A stretch of 64,000 nucleotides of DNA from Actinomycetota bacterium (lineage in GTDB: Bacteria; Actinomycetota; Actinomycetes; Propionibacteriales; Nocardioidaceae). Positions 40,382 to 48,499 of the stretch are shown in pieces. Both the position numbers and the translations under genes were made by a program. The stretch lies in contig JBKOYM010000060.1 of assembly GCA_046725375.1 (NCBI GenBank), forward strand, positions 15,120 through 79,119, written 5' to 3'. Under the pieces are notes generated by a model. The model saw nothing but the letters and a program-made list of their open reading frames with translations, did no database searches and had not been told where the DNA came from. Each line of letters opens with the position of its first letter. The first letter of the stretch is position 1.

Positions 40382-41106
40382 AGGGGCTCTGGGTCGAATG
40401 GCAAGGTCACCCGGCGCGCCTCGCCGAGCGTGCGATCGTCGCGGACGCGGCCGTCGCGCAATGCGACCACCCGGTCGGCCGCGGCGGCCACCCGCGCGTC
40501 GTGGGTGGCCAGGAGCAAGGTCTGCCCTCGCGCATGGGCTGCCCGCAGCAGACCCAACACGTCCCGCGCGGAGCCCGAGTCGAGGCTGCCCGTCGGCTCG
40601 TCGCCGACCACGAGGTCGGGCTGGTTCGCCAGCGCCCGGGCGAGGGCGACACGCTGCTGCTGCCCACCGGAGAGCCGCGACGGCGCGGTCTTGCCCTTGT
40701 CGCCGATCCCGAGGTCCTCCAGCAGTCGGCTGGAATCGCGTCGCGCCCTACCGCGGGACACGCCCGCCAGCAGCAACGGAAGCTCCACGTTCGCCTCCGC
40801 CGACAGTGTGGGCAGCAGGTTGAACAACTGAAAGATGAAGCCGACCCGCCGGCGACGAAGCTTTGCAAGCGCGGCCTCGCTCAGCCGATCGATCCGTTTG
40901 CCGTCGAACCAAACCTCCCCGGCCGACGGGCGGTCAAGCCCGGCCACGAGGTTGAGCAGGGTCGACTTTCCGCAGCCGCTCGGCCCCATGACCGCGACGA
41001 ACTCGCCCCGGCGTACCGTCAGGTCGACGCCATCAAGAGCCACCACCGGCGGGCCGCCGGTGTCGTAGGCCTTGACCAGCTCGCGGGCCTCGACGAGCGC
41101 GGTCAT
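40378..41106 (-). CDS. ABC transporter ATP-binding protein (MacB/LolD-like)
   Basis: The internal ATG at 41106 overlaps the PadR stop (ATGA). Motifs [24 protein letters not shown] and [11 protein letters not shown]. Confidence 0.9.
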   Translation of the reverse strand: MTALVEARELVKAYDTGGPPVVALDGVDLTVRRGEFVAVMGPSGCGKSTLLNLVAGLDRPSAGEVWFDGKRIDRLSEAALAKLRRRRVGFIFQLFNLLPTLSAEANVELPLLLAGVSRGRARRDSSRLLEDLGIGDKGKTAPSRLSGGQQQRVALARALANQPDLVVGDEPTGSLDSGSARDVLGLLRAAHARGQTLLLATHDARVAAAADRVVALRDGRVRDDRTLGEARRVTLPFDPEPL

Positions 41107-41621
41107 GACGCTCTCCCGGCCGTGACCAGCCGCCGTTCGATCAAGTCTAGCCAATCGAGGTCGGCCTTGAGGTGGAGCACGGCGCCTTCGACCATCAGCT
41201 CGGCCGTCGGCGAATGACCGTTCGCGGTCAGGCGGGCGTCGAGGTCACGCAATGACTGGAGGTACTCGCCGCGCTGCTGCTCGATCATGGTCAACGGGCT
41301 GGCGAGGCCAACAGACGTGGCGACGACGAACTTGATGAAAAACTCGTCCTTGAGTCGCGAACCGGGCACCGGCTCGCCGACCCAAGCCTGCAGTACCTCC
41401 CGTCCGCGGTCGGTCAGCCGGTAGACCTTTTTGCCGCGGTTGTCGTCGGCCACGCTCTCGCCGTCGACGAGGCCGTCCCGCTCCAACCGGGCGAGCGTGG
41501 AATAGATCTGCCCACTGTTGAGCGCGGGAAGGAGTGCACCGAACTCTTGGTCCAGCGCCTGCTTCAGCTCGTAGCCGTGGCCGCGGCCTCCGGCGAGCAA
41601 TGCCATGAAGACTTCACGCAT
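41103..41621 (-). CDS. PadR family transcriptional regulator
   Basis: MREVFMALLAGGRGHGYELKQAL..IYSTLARLERDGLV is a PadR wHTH. The ATG at 41621 is preferred over the track TTG at 41630. Confidence 0.85.
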   Translation of the reverse strand: MREVFMALLAGGRGHGYELKQALDQEFGALLPALNSGQIYSTLARLERDGLVDGESVADDNRGKKVYRLTDRGREVLQAWVGEPVPGSRLKDEFFIKFVVATSVGLASPLTMIEQQRGEYLQSLRDLDARLTANGHSPTAELMVEGAVLHLKADLDWLDLIERRLVTAGRAS

Positions 41622-41651
41622 AGATAGCAAGAATAGGTATCCGCTATCTAT
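41620..41651. promoter_or_regulatory. AT-rich inverted repeat ATAGATAGC-n14-GCTATCTAT at the PadR start; candidate autoregulatory operator
   Basis: A perfect 9-bp inverted repeat (41620-41628 and 41643-41651) in a conspicuously AT-rich stretch. Confidence 0.4.
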
Positions 41652-41661
41652 TTGTCACGGG

Positions 41662-42654
41662 CTAACCGAGCCGAGTACGCAGGTCGTCCTCACGCTCGGG
41701 GTCGAGGCCGACTCCCTCGCGTCGCCAGGGCGTCGACGCCATCCATTGCGCGGTGTCGCGGATCGTCTCGGCGAACGGGCGCGCCGTCAGTCCGGTCCGG
41801 ATCGCCGCCGACGGGTCGAGCGCGAGCACCATCTCGTCGGCTCCCTCCGACCACATCGGCAGGTCGGCGCCGTCGACCCCCTCGGCTCGCAGCGCCTTGC
41901 CGTCGATCCACACGGGTTCGAGGTCGGCGTCTAGGGCTTGCGCGATCGCGCCGAGCATGTCGGAGAACGACCACGGCGGCTCCGGCGAGCAGCTGTGGAA
42001 TGCGCCGGTCGTGCCCGACTCGATGAGGCCCACGACCCAGGCGCCCTGGTCGCGGCCGTCGATCAGCTGCATCGGCGAGTCGGCCGGCCCGGGGCACAAG
42101 ACCGAGCCGCCACGGGCCAGGCGGTCGACCCACCAGGTGAACCGGCCGGTCGGGTCGTACGGACCGACGACGTAGCTCGGCCGCACGATGGTGACGCGGT
42201 CGGCTCCGTACGCATCGACGGCGGCCTGCTCGCAGAGCGCCTTCAGCGGTCCGTACGTGGTGTCCGTCATCTCGGCGTTGTCCGGATCGGCGGCGGCGTC
42301 GGTGTCGAGCGTCGCCAGCGGGATCGACTCGTCGCCCCCGGGCAGATCGGTGTCGGCGTACGCGGAGACCGACGAGATGTACACGTGCTGCCCGCCGCGA
42401 TCGCCGAGGGCGCCGGCCACCGACCGCACTTGGCGCGGCCAGTAGGCGCAGACGTCGACGGTCGCGTCGAAGCTCCGGCCGTCGAGAACCGAAAGGTCGC
42501 CGTCACGGTCGGCGAGAAGGTGCTCGGCGCCGGCGAGTGAGTCAGGATTGGACTGGCCGCGATGCAGCAGGGTCAGGTCGTGTCCGGCAGCCAGGGCCGC
42601 CTCGGCGATGTGCCGCCCGACGAATCGAGTGCCGCCAATGATCAAGATCCGCAT
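41662..42654 (-). CDS. NAD-dependent epimerase/dehydratase family (SDR) protein
   Basis: MRILIIGGTRFVGRHI is a Rossmann GxxGxxG motif. 330 aa. Confidence 0.8.
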   Translation of the reverse strand: MRILIIGGTRFVGRHIAEAALAAGHDLTLLHRGQSNPDSLAGAEHLLADRDGDLSVLDGRSFDATVDVCAYWPRQVRSVAGALGDRGGQHVYISSVSAYADTDLPGGDESIPLATLDTDAAADPDNAEMTDTTYGPLKALCEQAAVDAYGADRVTIVRPSYVVGPYDPTGRFTWWVDRLARGGSVLCPGPADSPMQLIDGRDQGAWVVGLIESGTTGAFHSCSPEPPWSFSDMLGAIAQALDADLEPVWIDGKALRAEGVDGADLPMWSEGADEMVLALDPSAAIRTGLTARPFAETIRDTAQWMASTPWRREGVGLDPEREDDLRTRLG

Positions 42655-42666
42655 GCCCCGACCCTA

Positions 42667-42740
42667 CGCACCCGCTGAGAGGACCCATATCACGAGGACA
42701 CGCTGCGTGTTTTGCAAGATGGGTCCTCTCAGGAGGTGCG
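42667..42740. repeat. 74-bp nested hairpin element: 21-nt imperfect inverted arms enclosing an inner hairpin plus T-tract
   Basis: Core arms ctgagaggaccca (42675-42687) and tgggtcctctcag (42720-42732) match 13/13. The extended arms cgcacccg and gaggtgcg bring this to 19/21. The inner sequence is acacgc-t-gcgtgt followed by tttt. Confidence 0.5.
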
Positions 42741-42769
42741 GGTCACGGTGCCGACGCGATGGGGCGTCG

Positions 42770-43236
42770 CGTCGCGGGTGCTCGTGACGCCGAAGGCGAT
42801 GCTGGGAGCCGCTGGCGTACCTGACTGACTACGAGACGGCCGCGGTCGACTACGTCTACGGCGGCGAGGGACTCCTCATGGCGCCGGCGTATGCGATGCC
42901 GCCGATGCTCGCTCGCGCCGGGCTCGCTTCGGCGACTTCGACTTCGTCGAGATGCACGAGGCGTTCGCCTCGCAGGTGTTCGCGACCCTCAAGGCGTGGG
43001 AGGACCCGATCTTTTGCGCCGAGCGGTTCGGTCTCGAGGAGCCGCTGGGGTCTATCGATCGGGCAAGGCTCAACGTGGTCGGCTCGTCGCTGGCGGCCGG
43101 ACATCCGTTCGCCGCGACCGGCGGCCGGATCGTCGCGATCCTGGCCAAGCTGCTTGGCGAGAAGGGCTCCGGCCGGGGCGTCATCTCGATCTGCGCCGCC
43201 GTCGGCCAAGGCGTCACGGCGATCCTGGAGCGCTAG
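42770..43236 (+). pseudogene. 3' remnant of an acetyl-CoA C-acyltransferase (thiolase) gene
   Basis: Frame 1 reads PLAYLTDYETAAVDYVYGGEGLLMAPAYAMPPMLARAGL (from 42809). A frameshift near 42930 leads to GDFDFVEMHEAFASQV..NVVGSSLAAGHPFAATGGRIV..ISICAAVGQGVTAILER*. About 300 N-terminal residues are absent. Confidence 0.75.
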
Positions 43237-43250
43237 AACCGAGCGGGGCC

Positions 43251-43300
43251 GGATCTTGAGGGCTTGCGATAGGCCTGGCTGCCCAAAGCCCTCAAGATCC
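43251..43300. repeat. REP-like palindromic element (copy 2, inverted relative to copy 1)
   Basis: ggatcttgagggctt....aagccctcaagatcc. The reverse complement aligns with copy 1 through the arms and the gggcagcca core. It sits between the thiolase remnant and the convergent TetR gene. Confidence 0.7.
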
Positions 43301-43308
43301 GTCGGCGG

Positions 43309-44016
43309 CTACGGCGTGCCGCGGGTGGCGACGGCGATGCCAGCTGCCACGAGGTAGCGCTTGACCTCGTCGGCCGAGAGCGTGGCGACCGCGGGTACGT
43401 CGGGATCGGACTCGCGGACGAGGAGGCGTAACCGAGCGAGTTGCAGACCACCGAGAGCCTGGGTGTAGAGCACGTTGGCCAACAGGTCCGGGTTGTCGAC
43501 ATGAAACTCTCCGGTCTCGACTCCGGCCTCGATCGCGACAACGAGCACGTGGAGGCAGCGGGCCAGGCTACGGCCGAGCTGAAGCATCGCCCCCTCGTTG
43601 ACCTCGTGCATCAGCTCGTCGCCGGGGCGACGTAGCAGGCTGAGCGCGCAGTCGACGAACGCGGGATAGCGCTCGCCGAAGTCGAGAAACGCCGTACTGA
43701 TGCTTCGAAGTCGCTCAGTGGGAGATGCTTCGTGGGCGTCGGCGTCCCTCAGCTCCTCGACCAGCTCCTCGAGGTAGCCGACCAGCGTGAGAGCGAACAG
43801 CTCCTCCTTGCCGGAGAAGTGGCGGTAGATGATCGCGCGGTTGATGCCGACGGCCTTGGCGATGTCTTCGATGCGCCCATCCCGAACGCCTCGCGCGTCG
43901 AAGAGGGATCGCGTCGCGGCCAGGATCTCCGCCGAACGCTCCCGGCGCCGGGCGGCCGTGCCGGGTCGGATCGGCCGATCGGCGCCGTTATCGGGGCGTT
44001 CATCCGCTGTTGGCAC
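43309..44016 (-). CDS. TetR/AcrR family transcriptional regulator
   Basis: HTH IEDIAKAVGINRAIIYRHFSGKEELF. Confidence 0.9.
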   Translation of the reverse strand: MPTADERPDNGADRPIRPGTAARRRERSAEILAATRSLFDARGVRDGRIEDIAKAVGINRAIIYRHFSGKEELFALTLVGYLEELVEELRDADAHEASPTERLRSISTAFLDFGERYPAFVDCALSLLRRPGDELMHEVNEGAMLQLGRSLARCLHVLVVAIEAGVETGEFHVDNPDLLANVLYTQALGGLQLARLRLLVRESDPDVPAVATLSADEVKRYLVAAGIAVATRGTP

Positions 44017-44025
44017 CCGGTCATG

Positions 44026-45627
44026 TTAAGCCTCTGACTCGAGGCCGCCGATTGTCCGTACGGTGGCGAGCGAATCGACCTCGCTCGGGCTCTTGTCGTC
44101 GCGGTAGCGCAGCACGCGGGCGAATCGCAGCGTCACTCCGCCGGGATAGCGGGTCGAGATCTGTACGCCGTCGAACGCGATCTCGACGACGAGCTCCGGC
44201 CGAACGTAGACAGTGCCCTGCGTGTGACGGACCTCGCGAGCGAGGAGCTGCTCGGTCTGCCAGGTCAGCAGCTCGTCGGTGAGGCCCTTGAACGTCTTGC
44301 CCAGCATGACGAACTCCTCGTCGGGACCGCGGGCGCCGAGGTGCAGGTTGGACAGCCACCCCTGGCGGCGACCGTGCCCCCATTCGGCGGCGAGGATGAC
44401 GAGGTCGAGGGTGTGTCGGGGCTTGACCTTGACCCAGCCGGAGCCGCGCCGACCCGCCTCGTAGGGGAGGTCGAGCGCCTTGACGATGATTCCCTCGTGG
44501 CCGGCGGCGATCGACTCGGTGAAGAAGAGCTCAGCCTCGGCTGGGTCGGTCGTCCGCACGCCAGGCACCCGGTGGGCCTCGGGCACGGCGTCGCGCAATG
44601 CCTCGAGGCGCTCGGTGAGCGGCCGATCGAGATAGTCGACCCCGTCACGATGGAGCAGGTCGAAGAAGTAGGTCGACACCGGCGCGCTGGCCACGAGTGC
44701 GTCGACGTCGACCCGACTCGCGGTGCGCGCGGCCGTGATCTGGAAGGGCTGCGGCCGCTCGTCATCGTCGAGCACGAGGGCTTCACCATCGAGGATGAGC
44801 CGCTCGGACGGCAGCGAACGGACGACCTCGACCGTCTCGGGCAGCCGCGACGTGATGTCCTCGAGACTCCGGGTGTATACGCCGACGCGGTCGCCGTCGC
44901 GATGTACTTGGATCCGAATGCCGTCGAGCTTGCGGTCGATGATCGCCTCGCCGGCAACCTTGTCGAGAGCGGCCGTGACGTCATTGCTCGTCGCAGCGAG
45001 CATTGGCCGGATCGGCTGGCCCACGATCAGGCCGACCTCGCGGAGACCCGGTTCGCCCTTGGCCGCCGCGATCTGAGTCGCGGCCGCCGTCGACCCGAGC
45101 AGCATCGAGGCGCGGCGTACGAGGGATGGGGAGACGTCGAACGCCTCGGCCACCGCGTCCATCATCACGCCGTCGAGCGCACCCTGGCGCAGCTCACCGG
45201 CGACGAGCCGAGCGACGAACTCCTGCTCGGACGGAGTGGCCCGACCGAACAGATCGGCCAGCAATTGGCGTCGGCGGTCCTGGCTGCCGGCCCCCGACAG
45301 TCCGCTGAGCGCCTCGAACGTCGCGTCGACCTCGGCCACCGTCAGAGAGTGAGTCGATGCCGCCTCGGGCAGGTCGCGCAGCATCGCCCATCCGACGCCA
45401 GGCCGGCGCTGCCGCAAGGAGCCGGAAAGGTAGGACACGACGGTGGCGACGTCGTCGGCGTGGCAATGGCGGAGGAGCTCAGCGATCGCGGCCCGCTTGG
45501 CGAGTCGCGATCGGGTCGAGCCCACGGCCGCCGAGGTGTCCACGACGTCGCCGAGCCGTACTCGGTCGCCGGCGGCTTCCGACTGAATGGTCACCCCGCC
45601 ATTGTGCGATCCGGCGCCGACAGACAT
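44026..45627 (-). CDS. ligB: ATP-dependent DNA ligase (LigB-type: DBD, adenylation and OB domains)
   Basis: Internal ATG at 45627 (MSVGAGSHNGG..). Adenylation motif I is IDRKLDGIRIQV. Motifs EGIIVK and WVKVKP are also present. The upstream 80 codons of the track ORF are rejected. Confidence 0.88.
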   Translation of the reverse strand: MSVGAGSHNGGVTIQSEAAGDRVRLGDVVDTSAAVGSTRSRLAKRAAIAELLRHCHADDVATVVSYLSGSLRQRRPGVGWAMLRDLPEAASTHSLTVAEVDATFEALSGLSGAGSQDRRRQLLADLFGRATPSEQEFVARLVAGELRQGALDGVMMDAVAEAFDVSPSLVRRASMLLGSTAAATQIAAAKGEPGLREVGLIVGQPIRPMLAATSNDVTAALDKVAGEAIIDRKLDGIRIQVHRDGDRVGVYTRSLEDITSRLPETVEVVRSLPSERLILDGEALVLDDDERPQPFQITAARTASRVDVDALVASAPVSTYFFDLLHRDGVDYLDRPLTERLEALRDAVPEAHRVPGVRTTDPAEAELFFTESIAAGHEGIIVKALDLPYEAGRRGSGWVKVKPRHTLDLVILAAEWGHGRRQGWLSNLHLGARGPDEEFVMLGKTFKGLTDELLTWQTEQLLAREVRHTQGTVYVRPELVVEIAFDGVQISTRYPGGVTLRFARVLRYRDDKSPSEVDSLATVRTIGGLESEA

Positions 45628-45631
45628 GCCT

Positions 45632-46240
45632 TCAGTCGGCGGCCGGGTCCGGCCAGGCGATCGGGTCGAGGCGGATCCAGCCGCGATCGGGCGCGGTGTC
45701 CTGGCAGGTGATCGGGTAGCCCTCGTCCCAGCCGCACGCGGGGATGCCGGTGCGATGGAAGTTGCTGGTCCAGAAGATCTTGCGGGCGCCGAGCAGCCGA
45801 CGAGGCCCGACCACCCGGACCGTACGTTCGTCACGCCGGACGACGGCGAGATGGGCGACCACCTCACGAGTGGCGTTGGAGATCAGATCGGCCCGGAGCC
45901 TGCCGTCGCGGCCGTAGACCCGCACGTTGAGCTCGGCGCCCCGGTCGCCATCGGTGTCGAGGTCGATGATGAAGTGCCGATGCCGCCAGGACAGGTCGGC
46001 GTTGTCGTAGGGCCCTTGGACGCGGACGGTGTAGGCGAGCCGGGCGTGGCTGCCGTGGATCACCACGCGATGCCGGACACGAACGATGTCGAGCGGCCCG
46101 CCGGTGTCGTCGCCATCGGTCACCGTCTTGGTGACGATGGTCCGGGAACCGTCGGGTGCGGCCGCCGCCGGTGCCATGAGCATCGGGGCGGCGGCGATGG
46201 CAGCGGCGACGAGAGAGCGTCGCCAGGTGGGTAGGCGCAT
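45632..46240 (-). CDS. secreted hypothetical protein
   Basis: 202 aa with the signal peptide MRLPTWRRSLVAAAIAAAPMLMAPAAAAP. No recognisable domain. Its stop is 5 nt upstream of the ligase start. Confidence 0.55.
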   Translation of the reverse strand: MRLPTWRRSLVAAAIAAAPMLMAPAAAAPDGSRTIVTKTVTDGDDTGGPLDIVRVRHRVVIHGSHARLAYTVRVQGPYDNADLSWRHRHFIIDLDTDGDRGAELNVRVYGRDGRLRADLISNATREVVAHLAVVRRDERTVRVVGPRRLLGARKIFWTSNFHRTGIPACGWDEGYPITCQDTAPDRGWIRLDPIAWPDPAAD

Positions 46241-46325
46241 GGCCGGACTCCTTGGTCAACAGACAGGTCGCCCGGAAACCTAGGTCCGCGATTCGGCGGA
46301 GCGGCGGTTTTCCACAGCCCAAAGT

Positions 46326-48449
46326 TCAGTCCGCCAGACCGAATCGGTCGAGCAGCCAGGCGTACACCTCCGCCTCGTATCCGAGCTGCGCGTAGCGTCC
46401 GGCCGGCCCGGCGTGCGCGCCGGCGCCGGTCTCGCAACGGAACAGGCACCGGCTGGCCCACGCCGGATCGGTCTCGCGCAGCCGGGCCACCCACTTCGCC
46501 GGCTCCCACACCATCACGCGCGCGTCGTGCACCGCCCCGGTCACGAGGAGGTCTGGTCGCCCGCCTGCCGGCGGCGGGTTGTCGTAGGGGGAGTACGCCA
46601 GCATCCAGGCGAAGTCGTCGGGACGACGCGGATCGCCCCACTCGTCCCATTCGTTCGCCGTGAGCGGAATCGAGGGGTCGAGCATGGTGGTGACGACGTC
46701 GACGAACGGCACCTCGGCGACGACGCCGCACCATCGGTCCGGTCGCTGGGTGAACGCAACGCCCTGGAGCAGCCCGCCGGCCGACAGCCCACGGGTCGCG
46801 ATCCGATCCGGGTCGACGAGCCGCCCCGCGATCGCGTCGGCCACCGCGATGTGGTCGGAGAACGTGTTCTGCTTGCGCGACAGCATGCCGTCGAGCCACC
46901 ACCGCCGGCCGTTTTCGCCGCCACCGCGCGGATGCGACTGGACGAAGACGACGCCGCGGTCGAGGAGGCTCGGCAGGGCCACGTCGTACAGCGGGTCGTC
47001 GCACGACTCGTACGCGCCGTAGCCCCACATCAGGCACGGCGCGGTGCCGTCGAGGGGCGTGTCGCGATGCCGGACGACGGTGACGGGGATCGTGGCACCG
47101 TCGGGAGCCGACGCGGTGATCGCCTCGCTGACGTAGCTCGACGCGTCGTACGCCGGCACCTCGCGCCGATGCAGCAAGCGCCTGGCGCCGCTGTCGAGGT
47201 CGACCGCATACCACGCCGGCGGTTCGCTGTAGGACTCCTCGACGACAGCTATCTCGTCGGTGTCGAAGAGCAGGTTGCGGCTGAGCGAGATCGACCCGGT
47301 CGGCACCGAGCTGGTGATGTCGACGGCCTGGTCGAGCCGGTCGAGGCGATGGGCACGGAGCATCGGCTGACCGTCCCGACGCAGCGAGAGCACGAGATGC
47401 CCGGCGAACGCGTCGACCCGATGAATGCGCTCGGCCGCGTCGTACGGCAGCAGCTCGGTCCAAGAGTCGCGGTCGGGGGAGTCGAGCGACGCCCGCAGCA
47501 GCCGAAACTCCGGCGCCCCATCGTTGGTCACAATCAGCAGCACGTCGTCGCCGTCGAGCCTGCCGTGCTCGACGTGGTATTCGACGCCCGGCCGACGGGG
47601 CTCGACGCAGCGTGCCGGCTCGGTCGGCCGTTCGGCGTCGACCAGCCACACCTCGGACGTGTTGCGGTTGGCCGTCCAGAGCACGATCAATCCGCCCGAC
47701 CGGCAGGCTCGGACGTTGACCTCGTACTGCGGGTCCGGCTCATCGAGGACGAGGACGTCCGACTCGACCGGCGTGCCCAGCTGGTGTCGCCAGACCTGCC
47801 ACGGCCGGTAGGCGTCGTCGTGGACGGTGTAGAAGAAGTGCCGTCCGTCCGCACTCCACGCCCCGCCGTAGTAGGACCGCGGAACCCGGTCTGGCAGGTC
47901 CCGGCCGGCGTCGAGGTCCTTGAACCGGAGCTCGAAGACCTCGTCCCCGCTCATGTCGACGGAGTACGCCAGCAGCCGCTCGTCCGGGCTGATCCGGGTC
48001 AACCCGAGGTCGACGTACGAGGACGCCCCGGCGAGCTCGTTGAGGTCGAGGAGCAGATCGCCTGAATCTACGAGATCCGCTGGATTTGGCGACGCAACGC
48101 GCGGATTCGGTCGCTCAAACGGCAAATTTCGACGGGGATCGCGTAACAGATGCGCGAATTCCCTTCCCTCTGGAGTGCGGTTGTAGTAGGTGTACCTGAA
48201 GTACGGCCAACTGACCGACGAGTCAGTAGGTGGAACTCGCGAGGACATCTCGGCTACGAGGGTCTGGGTCAAGGGGTGCAAATGTCGTGTCGAGCCGTCG
48301 TAGAAGGCACGCTCGGCCGCCAAATGTGCCCGGACCGGATCACTACCAACGTCACGCAGGCCGGCGTACGGGTCGAATCGATCGACGCCGTGCAGGCGGT
48401 GGGTGGCGGATTGCCGAGGGGGCTGAGGGAGTCCGTCATGGGCTGTCAC
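46326..48449 (-). CDS. ptrB: S9 family serine peptidase, oligopeptidase B-like
   Basis: 707 aa with an N-terminal beta-propeller and a C-terminal hydrolase domain. The nucleophile context is GLSAGGLL, with a downstream GYGAYE motif. Confidence 0.85.
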   Translation of the reverse strand: MTAHDGLPQPPRQSATHRLHGVDRFDPYAGLRDVGSDPVRAHLAAERAFYDGSTRHLHPLTQTLVAEMSSRVPPTDSSVSWPYFRYTYYNRTPEGREFAHLLRDPRRNLPFERPNPRVASPNPADLVDSGDLLLDLNELAGASSYVDLGLTRISPDERLLAYSVDMSGDEVFELRFKDLDAGRDLPDRVPRSYYGGAWSADGRHFFYTVHDDAYRPWQVWRHQLGTPVESDVLVLDEPDPQYEVNVRACRSGGLIVLWTANRNTSEVWLVDAERPTEPARCVEPRRPGVEYHVEHGRLDGDDVLLIVTNDGAPEFRLLRASLDSPDRDSWTELLPYDAAERIHRVDAFAGHLVLSLRRDGQPMLRAHRLDRLDQAVDITSSVPTGSISLSRNLLFDTDEIAVVEESYSEPPAWYAVDLDSGARRLLHRREVPAYDASSYVSEAITASAPDGATIPVTVVRHRDTPLDGTAPCLMWGYGAYESCDDPLYDVALPSLLDRGVVFVQSHPRGGGENGRRWWLDGMLSRKQNTFSDHIAVADAIAGRLVDPDRIATRGLSAGGLLQGVAFTQRPDRWCGVVAEVPFVDVVTTMLDPSIPLTANEWDEWGDPRRPDDFAWMLAYSPYDNPPPAGGRPDLLVTGAVHDARVMVWEPAKWVARLRETDPAWASRCLFRCETGAGAHAGPAGRYAQLGYEAEVYAWLLDRFGLAD

Positions 48450-48499
48450 GAGCGTGAACCTACCCCGTCAAGGCGGTGATCCCAGTGGTATCGGGTCAG

